A stretch of 64,000 bases of DNA from Phyllobates terribilis. Lineage: Eukaryota. Below are positions 36,395 to 47,956 of the stretch, piece by piece. The notes under the pieces are model-generated. The model ran no database searches and was not told the DNA's origin. It saw nothing but the letters and a program-made list of their open reading frames with translations. The stretch is taken from contig NW_027362762.1 in assembly GCF_046119375.1 (NCBI RefSeq), forward strand, positions 683,798,001 to 683,862,000, read 5' to 3'. A program made the position numbers and the translations under genes. How positions within the stretch are numbered: position 1 is the first letter of the stretch; the number at the start of each line of letters is the position of its first letter.

Positions 36395-38650
36395 CAAATA
36401 AAGTAGCACTCTGCAGCACTAAGTATGCGAACATGGAATATATGAAGAAAGAGAATGGTGGCGCTTGTGGGTCGGCCCTTTTGTACCTGCTGCAAGAAGG
36501 ACAACTACCACAGGTTGTCTGGATGGGTATTTAAAAAAGGAAGCGCGCTGGTAGCATAGGGCAGAGACGGATATGGATAGAAGATTCCAGATGATTAAAA
36601 AATGAAACAATTTTATTTAGATTTAGCTAAAACATATAAAAGGATAGAAGTACTGGAGATGCTTAAAATATATTATAAAAGATGATATAAAACAGTTAAG
36701 AACACTTAGGGTTGGTCGTCGTGGTCCCAGATAACGGGTGTAACATGCTTTCTTAGGTCATTGTGGTAGGTAGTTCTATGTAGGGTGAATCCCCTGGGGA
36801 GAGAGACAAAGGTTTATTTAGAACAATTTGGGATTGAGTTGCTTGTGGGTAAGTTCAAGAGAGAGGATTACCTGAAGTTTTTACCTGAAGTTTTTATTGA
36901 AAGAACGAGGGAGTAAATCCGGCCAGGTGGGAGATCTCCAGTATGAGGTACGGCTGTGGATAAAGAGTAGAGAGTTGAGGCCTCAGCCTACGGAGATACT
37001 GGGTTTATCTTAGGGGCAATCATATACCTGTGAAGGTGGTAGTTCTGGTTGAAGGATACTTGATGGGAAGTGGGATGGAGAACCGACAGGGCCCCTTGAG
37101 TGGTGAGAAGTCCTATGAAAGGAAAAAAAGGGGGGGGGGATCAATTGCGGTTAGGAGGAGAGAGCAAGGCCTGCTACAGAGAGCAGGTGACGGGTTTACC
37201 TGCGATGGTCAGGTCAGTAGACAGCAGCCACTGAAGCTGTATACTTTCCAGATATACCTTAGAAGCCAAGGAGCGCTGGTTAGGTCATAAATCGGGAATA
37301 GGTAACACCTGATAAAAACCGTGGCCAGGTGGGCTCCATGGTGGTTAGAAGTAGGTCAAAGTGGTTATGCTTCTGCAGCGCAAGTGAGGCGCTACTCCGT
37401 TAATGTCTTGGCACTACGGATTAAGTGTTGTGCTCTTCAGGCTTTAGTGGGGAATAAGACCCCAGACGATAGTCTCTACCACGTGCAGCTTTCTGAACCT
37501 AGCGCTGCAACGCTCTATCTGCACCACCTTTAAGCATCTCCTTGAATCTACATTGATCCCTTCATTCCATCAAGGTATCCAGCCACTTACTAAGGGGTCT
37601 TATTCCCCACTAAAGCCCGAAGAACACAACACTTAATCCGTAGTGCCGAGACATTAACGGAGTAGCGCCTCACTTGGCTGCAGAAGCATAACCACTTTGA
37701 TTTACTACTTACCACCAGGGAGCCCAGTTATTATCTGGTGTCACCTATGCCCGATTTATGACCTAACCAGCGCTCCTTGGCTTCTAAGGTATATCTATCT
37801 ACTGACCTGACCATCGCAGGTAAACCCATAACCTTGTCTCTGTAGCAGGTCCTGCTCTCTCTTCCTGACCACAATTGATCCCCCCCCCCTTTTTTTCCTT
37901 TCATAGGACTTCCCACCACCCAAGGGGCCCTGTCGGTTCTCTATCCCACTTCCCATCAACTATCCTTAAACCAGGAATACCACTGTCACAAGTATATGAT
38001 TGCCCCTAAGATTTACCCCCCCGTTCTTCCAATAAAAACTTCAGGTAATCCTCTCTCTTGAACCTACCTACAGGCAACTCAAGCCCAAATTGTTCTAAAT
38101 AAATCTTTTTCTCTCCCCAGGGGATCCACCCTACATAGAACTATCTACCACACTGACCTAAGAAAGCATGTTACACCCATTATCTGGGACCACGATGACC
38201 AACCCTAAGTGTTTTTAACTGTTTTATATCATATTTTATAATATATTTTAAGCACCCCAGTACTTCTATCCTTTGATGTGTTTTAACTAAATCTAAATAA
38301 AATTGTTTCATTTTTTTAATCATCTGGAATCCGCTATCCATATTCATCTCTGCCCAATTCTACCAGCGCAAGTCTGCTTCCTTTTTCATGGAATATATGA
38401 AATTTGAATTGCATTACTGTTCTAAAAAATAGAAAGAACTGAGAAATCTTAGCGCATAAATTGGCCAATTCGTGTGTACCTGGTAGCCACGATAAGACGT
38501 TTCTTGTTACCAGGACCTTAGCAATGTGTATCCTCTCTTAGAGACCCCGAGAGGGGTTATTTCTATTTTTAAAAGCAGTAATGCAATTCAAATTTCATAT
38601 ATTCCAGGTTTGCATACTTAGCATTGCAGAGTGCTACTTTATTTGTTAGT
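36395..38650. repeat. Long imperfect inverted repeat (arms ~36535-37465 and ~37595-38385), possibly a PLE-derived head-to-head structure
   Basis: The arms are reverse complements, and both run out into ...TTCATATATTCCA..GCATACTTAG..GCAGAGTGCTACTTTATTTG. Confidence 0.75.
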
Positions 38651-38949
38651 CATATTTTTAATGTTGTCATGTAACTTTCTAGCATACTTTGTGTTTCAAC
38701 TTTGACTCAGTGTATTATTTCTGCCATTGTGTAGCGTATTCCTTTATATTTAAGCTACACAGAGAACGCTATTTGACACCTTCTGGCAACCCATAATGAA
38801 CTGAAAGATATTAAAATGCAACTCTGCAATTTAGTGTTCTTTAGTTTACAGGAATATATGCAAAAAAAAAAAAAAATACAACAAAAAAGTTGAGTCATAT
38901 TGTGATCACCTGACTCACAACTTTACCGCACTCACGCATTTCCTGACAG

Positions 38950-39012
38950 ATTGGGCCAAAATACACAAGGCTTTGTGCATGGGAGTGGTAGAGAAATACA
39001 TGGATTTTTGTG
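38950..39012 (+). other. Candidate host exon (63 nt)
   Basis: TTTTCCTGACAG acceptor, GTAATA donor, open reading WAKIHKALCMGVVEKYMDFC. No homology recognised. Confidence 0.2.
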
Positions 39013-39636
39013 GTAATACTACAAAGTTTTTTGAAAGATGTGAAAATGGAATCTGTATGGAAATAGTAATTTACTCATAAGATAACCTGCATGTCATGGG
39101 GCTTTTAAATGTTTTACTGTACCTGAGAAGTGACGACTGAGGTGTTCTGTTCACACATTTCTTTTGTCGTTATGACTCACAAGTCAAAACCATGGTAATG
39201 AAAATGTACAATATTTGTGACGTTATAGTTATGATATTTGAGCCATATTTCCAAACACTAATGTTTCAGCCTTTTTCTCACACACCCTTAACAGGTCATG
39301 TTTTTGAAGAATTTCCTATGAATAAAAGATAATAGAATTTTAAAAGCACCAACTGCAGTCTCCTATCTCAGTAAAGTAAAAATCAGTCTTCAATAACTAC
39401 AGATTTTACCCAAAGAATTTAGAGTGAAAGATCAATCCAGAAGATGAGAAAAGCAAATTTCTCTGATAAGATTTCAATGTTGCTTATTTTCATGTGTACT
39501 ACTTATTAAATGAAAATGAATACAACGATCACTATTTGACTGTATTTGCACCACTGTGTTCTGTATTTAGCTTTTGTTTGCCCATGCTTGACTGTAGCTA
39601 GCCTTGTTTTCATGTTTCTGATTTTCTCTTTAATAG

Positions 39637-39746
39637 TGGACCAATCTAAAGACAGTGAGACCTTCAAGTACTTCCCGTAATCACCTACATAATCATGAGG
39701 ACACTGGCCAAGGTGACAAGTGCTGGGAACCACAGAGCAAAGTCAA
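39637..39746 (+). other. Candidate host exon (110 nt)
   Basis: TTTTCTCTTTAATAG acceptor and GTGAGT donor in apparently non-repetitive DNA. Confidence 0.3.
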
Positions 39747-39781
39747 GTGAGTGGTTCTCTTGCAAGTCAGACTATTCATTA

Positions 39782-40680
39782 GGCCCTCTTCACACATGCA
39801 CATACAGTAAAAACACGTCCGTGTGGGACGTTTTAGTTTTGACCATCAGAGCAGTTTTTTTAGCAGCATCCATGTGTGCGTTTTTTTCAATCCTTGTGTC
39901 CATGTGCGGCATTCATGTGGCATCCATGTGCCATCCGTGTGACACGTAATGTAATGTATTCAAGAAATTACTGATTTTTAAGTGTTAAAGATAAGATAAA
40001 TAGATAGATAGCTTGTAGAGCTTTCTATTAAGCCTAATGAATAAATAATTAAAAGAAAAAAATGACGTGGAGTCCCCCCTATTTTTTGAAACCAGCAAAG
40101 GTAAAGCAGACAGCTGTGAGCTGATATTATCAGGTTATTGGGCCCTTCTCAGCCTAAAAATAGCAGCCCGCAGACGCCCCAGCTTGACTCTTCCCGATTG
40201 CACTGGTGCTTTGGCATTCAGGGTAATGGTTTTTGGGATTGATGTCAGCTGTGTCCAAAAACACAACTGGCATCAAGCCCTAGTGTTAGTAATGGAGATG
40301 TGTCTATCAGACACCCCCATTATTAACCCAGTAATCAAAAACAAAACACACATAAAAATACTTTAATGAAATAAACATTCCCTGACACTTTCCCCCATTC
40401 ACCACTTTATTACTTTATTAAAAAATGAAAAAAATCCCACACAGGTCCGTCGTAGTCCACCGAATTCGACGCAGTCCAATGATTCTGATGGACAAAGGGT
40501 ATGGAGCCTCGATCTGAGACTCCATAGGCTTTGTCTACATGCACTATCAGGTCCCGCTACGTTGCATGAGATCCGGCGACTGTGAAGAGCGATGATGCCA
40601 GTAACGTCACCGAACTTCAGACATTCTGAGTCAAGCAGTCCTCTGCGTGACTCAGCGACTGTGAAGAGCAGTAATGTTAC
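39782..40680. mobile_element. Harbinger-type MITE remnant
   Basis: TTA-GGCCCTCTTCACAC start. The internal sequence resembles the arms at 20.3-20.8 kb. Confidence 0.5.
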
Positions 40681-41760
40681 TGTGGAGCAATATGGGGACC
40701 ATTTTACTATTTTGAGGGCTTTATGAGGCCATTATACTATATGGAAGGCTATGTAGTGCCCATTATACTATATGATAAGATATGTAGGGGCCATTATACT
40801 ATCTATAGGGCTATGTGGGGCCCATTATAATATCTGGAGGGCTATGTGGGGGCCATTATACTATTTGGAGAGCAATGTGGAGGTCTTTATAGCATTTGGA
40901 GGGCTGTGTGGGGGACATTTTATTATTTGGAGGGCTATGTGAAGGTCATTATATTATTTGGTGGGTTATGTGGAGCCATTATACTATATAGAGAGCTATG
41001 TGGAGGCCATTATACTTTATGGAGGGTTATGTGGGGACCATTATACTGTTTGGAGGGCTATATGGGGGCCATTATACTGTTTGCAGGGCTATGTGGGGGG
41101 CCATTATTCTGTTTGAAGGGCTATGTGGGGGCTATTATATTGTATGGAGGGCTATGTGGGCAGTCATTATACTTTTTGAAGGACTTTGTAGGGGCCATTA
41201 TACTGTATGAAAGCAATTATACAGCGTGAAAGTTTGTCTGGCATCCATCATACTGTGTGGAGAACTGTGTGCGAACCATTAGGCTGTTTGGAGGGCTGTG
41301 GGTTGGAGATTATACAGTGTAGAGGTTTATATTGGGGCCGTCATACTGTGTAGAGGTGTGTGGGGGCCATTATACTGTATGGAAGCCCATTATACTGTAT
41401 GGAAGGCTATGTGGGGGTCACAGTCGGGAAATCATACTGTGTTGGGATCACCACACTTTACCAGGGAGTTGAGGGGGAAGGGTACAGTATGGTCATCATA
41501 AAATGCATGTGGAGGGTACTGTGGAGGAATTCACTGTGGGGGTATCATATTGTGTTTGAGGGGGAGCACTTTTGCTGGCATGATACTTTATAGGGGCAAT
41601 GAAAGGGGAATCTAGGGGCTTCAATAGGAAGAAAACTACATTGTAATGGCGGTAAAGTTGTGAGATATGTTCTTCTGTGTCCTAAATATTAAGTTTGTGT
41701 TTTGGGGAGCCCAATTAGATCTTTTGCTATGGGACCTCATGACTTTTATGCATGCCTCTG
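40680..41760 (+). mobile_element. Minisatellite-bearing non-autonomous element (~32-bp array, 40690-41420)
   Basis: GGAGGGCTATGTGGGGGCCATTATACT units. The 3' part is homologous to 55260-55442. Confidence 0.7.
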
Positions 41761-43231
41761 TATATAGGGTTGAAACTAATTGTATGGTTCATTTTCTCCT
41801 ATTATCCCTTTTGAAAATTAAAAACTTGGGGCTAAAGCAACATTTTAGTGGAAATAGTAGTAATTTTCCATTGACTCGGCCCAATCTTATACAATCCTGT
41901 GAATCGACTGAGGATTAAAACTGTTCACTACACCCCTAGATGAATTCCTCAAGAGGTGTAGTTCCCCAAGTGTGGTAATTTGTGAGGATTTCTGCTGTTT
42001 TGGAATGCCAGGGGCTCTTCAAATGTGACATGGCATTCAAAATGTATTTCAGCCAAAATTGCGCATCAGAATTCAATTGGTGCTCCTTCCCTTCCGAGCC
42101 CTGCCGTGTACCCAAACAGTAGTTTTCCCCCAGATATGGAGTATTTGTATACTCAGGAGAAATTGTACAACAAACTGTATGTCCACTTTTCTTATGTTAC
42201 CCTTGTGAAAATTAATCATTTGGGGATAAAGCAACATTTTTGTGGGAATAATGTGATTTTTTATTTTCACTGCTCAGCTTTATAAAATTCTATGAAGCAC
42301 CTGCTGGTTCAAGGTGCTCATCTCATGTCTAGATGTGTGCCTTGAGAGGTGTAGTTTTTAAAATGGGGTCACTTATGGGAGGTGGTTTCCAGTGTTTAGG
42401 CACACCAGAGGCTCTGAAAAGTGACATGACATCCACTATCTATTCCAGACAATTTATAAAATTCTGTGAAGCACCTGGTGGTTCAAGGTGCTCACTACAT
42501 GCCTAGATGTGTGCCTTGAGGGGTGTAGTTTTCAAAATGGGGTCACTTATGGGGGGGGTTTCCAGTGTTTAGGCACATCAGAGGCTCTGAAAAGTGACAT
42601 GGCGTCTCCTATAAATTCCAGCCAATTTTGCGCGCCAAAAGTCAAATGGTGCTCCTTTGCAAACAAACAATAGTTTTCCATCACATATGGTATATCGGAG
42701 TACTCAGGAGAAATTGTACAACAAATAGTATAATCCATTTTCTTCTGTTACCCTTGTGAAAATTAATAATTTAGGGCTAAAGCAACCCTTTTTGTAGAAA
42801 TAATGTGATTTTTTATTTTCATGTCTCAACGTTATAAATGTCTGTGAAGCACCTGCAGGTTCAAAGTGCTAACCACACCTCTAGATAAGTTCTTTGAGGA
42901 GTGTAGTTTCCAAAATGGGGGGTTTCCACTGTTTGGCACATCAGGCGCTCTGCAAATGCGACATGACATGCACTATCTATTCCAGACAATTTTACCCTCC
43001 AAAGTTAAAGGGTGCTCCTTCCCTTCTGAGCCCTGCTGTGTACCCAAACAGTAGTTTTCCACCACATATGGGGTATCGGTGTACTAAGGAGAAACTGCAC
43101 AACAAATTGTATCATACATTTTCTCCTGTTACCCTTTTGAAAATGCAAAATTTGAGGCTAAATCAATATTTTGGTGGGAAAAAGTAAAATCTTCATTTTT
43201 TTTCTACCACATTGTTTTAATTCTGGGGAAG

Positions 43232-43622
43232 TATATAACAAACTGTGAGGAAAATAATGGCCTGGGAGGGGTATATTGATAATGTATTTACAAAGTGGGG
43301 AGAACCCCAAAAAAGACCCCTCTCTATCAAGCCATAAAACTAAGCTTTTATTTCATATTTGATTAAAAACGCCTAGGGGTATATAAAAAATGTCCCTAAT
43401 CTGCTTTTAGTATTTTAAAGTGGTATTCGTATTTCTACACACACTTAGCGGCACCCGGGTGCCTTCATTCGAACGTCAGAATAGGACAAACTGTACTCAT
43501 AGCACAAGTCTCCCCAACATGTTTCACCGCATGTGCGGTGTCATCAGGGGATGGGACACTGGCACATCTTTATGGTTTGTTAGAGAGGGGTCTCTTTTGG
43601 GGTTCTCCCCATTTTGTAAATA
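43232..43622 (-). mobile_element. 391-bp hammerhead-bearing insertion (PLE-derived or retrozyme-like)
   Basis: 13-bp direct repeat AATTCTGGGGAAG (43219-43231 and 43623-43635), and a ~54-bp internal inverted repeat (43285-43337 and 43569-43622). Confidence 0.8.
43511..43551 (-). ncRNA. Type I minimal hammerhead ribozyme with an intact core
   Basis: UCCC-CUGAUGA-C-ACCGC(ACAU)GCGGU-GAAA-CAUG-UU-GGGGA. Predicted GUU cleavage between 43516 and 43515. Confidence 0.8.
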
Positions 43623-44206
43623 AATTCTGGGGAAGCCCCTAAAGGGTTAATAAACTTCTTCAATGTGGTTTTGAGCACTTTAAGGGGTGTAATTTTTAAA
43701 ATAATGTCACTTTTAGGTATTTTCTGTCACACTGGCCTTTCAAAGTCACTTCAAAAGGGATGTGGTCCCTAAGAAAATTGGTTTTGTTCATTTTGTTGGA
43801 AAATTGAGAAATTGCTGATAAACTTTTAACCCTTCTAACTTCCTAACAAAAAACTATTATGTTTCAAAAATTATGCTGATGTGAAGTAGACATGTGGTAA
43901 ATATTATTTATTAACTATTTTATGTGGTATAACTATCTGGTTTAAGGGCATAAAAATTTAAAGTTGGAAAATTGCTAAATTTTCAAATTTGTTTGTTAAA
44001 TGTTCAATATTTTCATAAATAAACTCAAATCACATCAATGTAAAATTACCACTAATATGAATTACAATATGTCACCTAAAAACTGGGACAGCACTGGGAT
44101 ATGTTGGAGCATTCCAGAGTTATTACCTCATAAAGTGACCTTGGACAGAAGTGAAAAAATTGGCTTGGTCAGGAAGGTGAAAACGGGCTCGGCGTGAAGG
44201 GGTTAA

Positions 44207-44696
44207 AAAACTATTTTTGCCGATGACATAAAACATTGTAGAAAAATAAAAACTGAGCTAGATTTTATAATATTACAGAACGAGTTATATTAGATGTCTG
44301 CCTGGGCAAACACAATGGCAGATGAATTTTAGTGTTAATAAATGTCGAGTAATGCACCTAGGCCGCAGTAATCGTAGTGCTGCATATACATCAAAAGTAA
44401 ATTATACTCAGGATGACAGAGCAGGAGAAGTATTCTGTGTATTCTGGTTACAAGTAAGCTAAGCCGAAGTACTCAATGTCAGGCAGCAGCTACAAGAGCA
44501 AATAGTGGTGTATAAAAAGAAAGATAAAATCCTGGTTTCCTAATTTATTATTACTCTCTATAATTCACTTGTAAGGTCAGTCACATCTAGAATATGAAAT
44601 GCAGTTTTGGACTCCACATTTTAAAAATGATATTGGAAAACTACAGTTGGTTTAAAAACAGCAACTAAATTATTAAATGGGAAGGAAGGTCTCTTA
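44207..44696 (+). pseudogene. Decayed CR1-clade LINE RT C-terminal fragment
   Basis: FADD, QMNFSVNKCRVMHLG and LVR-HLEY-MQFWTPH-like remnants. Confidence 0.8.
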
Positions 44697-45895
44697 CAGT
44701 GGCGCAGCGCCAGTGGGCTGCTATGGGGCCCGCCCGTCATCGCATGTTCAACTGTATCAGCAGTCTGGATGCCAATACAGTTGAATGTAATGATGAAAGA
44801 GAGAGCGTCATCATTTTCCCTCGACTTCTAACGTCTCAGCAGAGCGGGCGCGATGACGTCACTACACAGCGCCCACTGCCCTAAGATGTGCGGGTGCTTC
44901 AGAACATTCACTGCAGAAAATGGAGCAGCAGGGGAACCAGAAGGGGAGGTGAGTATTGTTGTTTTTTGTTTTTTTTTGTAAATCAGTGAGTACATTGTGG
45001 TGGCCATAATACTGTATAAGGGACAATGGTGAGTGCATTATACAGTATGGAGGAGTATGGGAAGTGTAGAATACTGTATGGAAGACTTTGGGGAAGCGCA
45101 TTATATTATGTGCACTATGAAGGATTATGAGGAGTTCATTATACTATGTGGAGGACTATGGGGAGCGCATTATACTGTATGGAGGACTATGGGGAGTGCA
45201 TTATATTATTTAGAGGATTATGGGGAGTGCATTATACTATATGGCGGACTATGAAGTGCATTATACTATATGGAGGACTATATGAAGTGCATTACACCGT
45301 ATGGAGGACTATGGGAGTGCATTATACTGTATGGACTATGGAGGATTGTGGAAAGTGCATTATCCTATATGGAGGATTATGGGAAGTGCATTGTACTATA
45401 TTGAGGACTATGGAGTGCGTTATACTATATGTAGGACTATATGAAGTGCATTATACTGTATGAAGGACTATGGGGAGTGCATTATACTATATGGACTATG
45501 GGGAGTGCATTATACTGTATGGAGGACCATGGGGAGCACATTATACTATATAAAGGACTATGGGAAGTGCATTATACAATATGGAGGACTATAGGGAGTG
45601 CATTATACTATATGGAGGACTATTGGTTGCAGTATACTATATGGAGGATTATGGGGTGCAGTTTACTATATGGAGGACTTTGGGGGATTCATTATACTAT
45701 ATGTAGGATTATGGGGTGTCATATACTTTATGGATGACTATGGGTCCCATTATACTATATGGAGGGCTATGTGGGGACTATTATAATATCTGAAGGTTTA
45801 TGTGGGGTTATTATAATATTTGAAGGGCCTTGTGGGGCGCATTATAATACTTGGAGGGCTATGTGGGGGACATTATAATATTTGGCTAATAGGGG
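44697..45895 (+). mobile_element. 5' part of a minisatellite-bearing element (~31-bp array, 45030-45880); continues at 54621-55442
   Basis: CAGTGGCGCAGC terminus and GGAGGACTATGGGGAGTGCATTATACT units. Unit-like sequence resumes after 54620. Confidence 0.7.
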
Positions 45896-46484
45896 TGTAA
45901 GAAAGTCCCTTACTGAGAGCAGGAAGAGCTGGGGAAACAGTGTGGACAATTCTTCTTTAAAGCAGAGAATGAAGTTTATTCAGAGATACGCTGCAGAACA
46001 GTTCAGAATGCAAACAGGGAAAATACACTAGCACTCGCAGGTGACCAAATCAGCGACACAGCATTAGGATATCTGGCGATGGTCTGGCCATGATCTTGCG
46101 TTGTTGTGGCCTTGGCAGTGGACTGCACCAAACAACAGTATCAGAGCCTTTTTATACATAGCTTAAACAAAGGAACTACATATTGCGGCAAAGGGCGTAT
46201 ACATGATAACATCATACTGCAGAGAGACGTGTATTTTAGACAAACAAAGTGATAATGAAACATGACAATATTTATGAGTATTTTTACCAAACTCCATTAC
46301 AATCCATGAATCCCCATGTCCTTCTCAACTAATGACAGTTACCTCATAATTCTCCACATATTGACAACTGTATTGGCCTAATTTCTATACCACTATTACA
46401 ATGACACTATTTACTACCATATAACACCACTTATTTACTTTCACAATGACCTGCAGCTGCTCCCATTATACACCTTTGTGTATA

Positions 46485-47517
46485 TGTGGCACCCCAGGGG
46501 TCTGGTTTCCACAGTAATAGCAATATTACGTCTGTGAGCAGGTGGGAGGTTTCCTGGTCAGACATCCTATGCATGCCACACCTCCTGCCCAGTCCTGGGA
46601 GGGGAAGAACTTCCCCTATATAAAGCTGGGGCTGAGGCAGGGTTAGAGAGTAGAGAAAGAGTGAGAGAACACAGACAGAGACACAGTCTGGTCTGTAGTG
46701 GAGCAGCTTTAGGAACAAGAAAGATCAGGAGCTCTGTGGGAGCTGTGCTAAAAAGAGATCAGGGGCTGGAAGCTGTAGAGCTCGCCCTGATTGAAGAGTT
46801 CTTACCGGACCCGGGGTCCGAGGCTGTGGGGACTAATCCTTACCCAGCAGCAGAAACCGCCCGGCAGGGGATTTCAGGTCCTCTGGCCAAGAAACCCGAA
46901 GGCACGGTCACACGCAAGGGACCAGCACCGCGACGTGGAGCGGAAGTTACCAAAAGGCCCCGAGTCACCGGCCATACGGGTGAGCACCACACGGTACACT
47001 CAGGGACGTGGGCTACTTTTACCCGCCTCTAGCAAGGTAGCCAGAAGAGTACGATTAGTTGGGGAGGCCTACAACTCTGCCTGGCCAGGGGAGATCCCAT
47101 CAGCTCACGGACTGACCAGGCCCCGATCGCTAGCCAGTACTCCGGGAGGGTCTACCTTGTCACCAGTAAAGACCTAAAACTACACCGCACCGTCTCTGAG
47201 TGGTTCCTGCTACCCCCCTTCAAACACGTCGGCTGCCCTGAGGCCATACCCCTCCCGTTGGGGGTTATACCATCCCCGCTGCACAACCGTATCACCGGCC
47301 TCAGCGGTCTGCCCTGCAGCGGCGGTCTCATGACCGCATTCAACGGGTGGCGTAGTCGAACATTCTAAACATCTACTGCTAAATACTGCCGCTCAGTTTG
47401 ACTCCCTGGGCACGGACCGGGTCACCGCCACGAGGACTACTACCCCCAACAGATCCGGCTCCGGGTATTCCCTGCGTGTGCAACGCTGCACCACAGCACA
47501 GGCCCAGGGGCGCGTCA
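46485..47517 (+). repeat. 5' LTR
   Basis: TGTGGCACC...GCGCGTCA, TATATAAA at ~46615, and a candidate AGTAAA poly(A) signal at ~47164. Confidence 0.97.
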
Positions 47518-47521
47518 ACTT

Positions 47522-47540
47522 TGGCGTAGTCGGCAGGATT
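47522..47540 (+). promoter_or_regulatory. Primer binding site complementary to the tRNA-Ser (AGA/TGA-type) 3' end
   Basis: TGGCGTAGTCGGCAGGATT, 4 nt after the LTR, complementary to ...AATCCTGCCGACTACG-CCA. Confidence 0.92.
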
Positions 47541-47614
47541 CCGTGCCCGCAACCACCGGGTACTGCGTGCCTGAAAAAGACTGTTAAACTCACCTGTAGT
47601 GAAGATTCCCGCCA

Positions 47615-47730
47615 TCCGACGCCATCTTCTACCTTCTTCCCGCCATCCGTGGAGTTTTCCCGCCAGTGGACGCCATCTTCTGCCTTCTTCCCGCCATCCG
47701 TGGAGTTTTCCCGCCGTTGGACGCCATCTT
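47615..47730. repeat. ~51-bp tandem repeat (about 2.3 copies) in the Gypsy leader
   Basis: CGCCATCTTCT(A/G)CCTTCTTCCCGCCATCCGTGGAGTTTTCCCGCC is repeated. Confidence 0.8.
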
Positions 47731-47956
47731 GAAGACGCCGCGCGGGAAGAAGAGGGGCGTGGACTCCGAAAGCGCGCGAGAACTGAAGCTCCGCCTCACG
47801 TCCGGACGTTGCGTAAGGTCCTGGAAGGAGCCCAGCAGACGCTGACGTCACAGGAGCGCGACGGAAGGTCCTCAACCCTGACGATCCACTGCGGAACCGC
47901 GGCCTACGGAAGAGGATCATCGCAAGGTAGGCCACGGTCCACTAGGGGGGAGGAGG

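Larger units (their letters stand above)
41770..44202. mobile_element. piggyBac-like non-autonomous element with degenerate ~390-bp internal repeats; left end not found
   Basis: Ends GTGAAGGGG-TTAA. Recurrent GAAAATT..GGCTAAAGCAAC blocks at ~41.8, 42.2, 42.75 and 43.13 kb. Confidence 0.7.

Noticed and set aside
37395-37445. CTGAAGAG-CAC...GTGC-C(A/G)AGAC on the minus strand as a hammerhead
   Set aside because: GAAA is absent in both arms and stem I has only 2 bp.
38485-38527. TTGCTAAGG...GAAACGTC on the minus strand as a variant hammerhead
   Set aside because: No convincing stem II or stem I.
40846-41593. Hydrophobic Gly/Tyr-rich ORFs (also 45033-45786)
   Set aside because: Minisatellite translations.
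46661-47177. 123-180 aa ORFs in the LTRs (also 53588-54260) and the leader ORF 47599-48096
   Set aside because: No recognisable motifs. They are duplicated only because the LTRs are, and are not preserved in the related solo LTRs.
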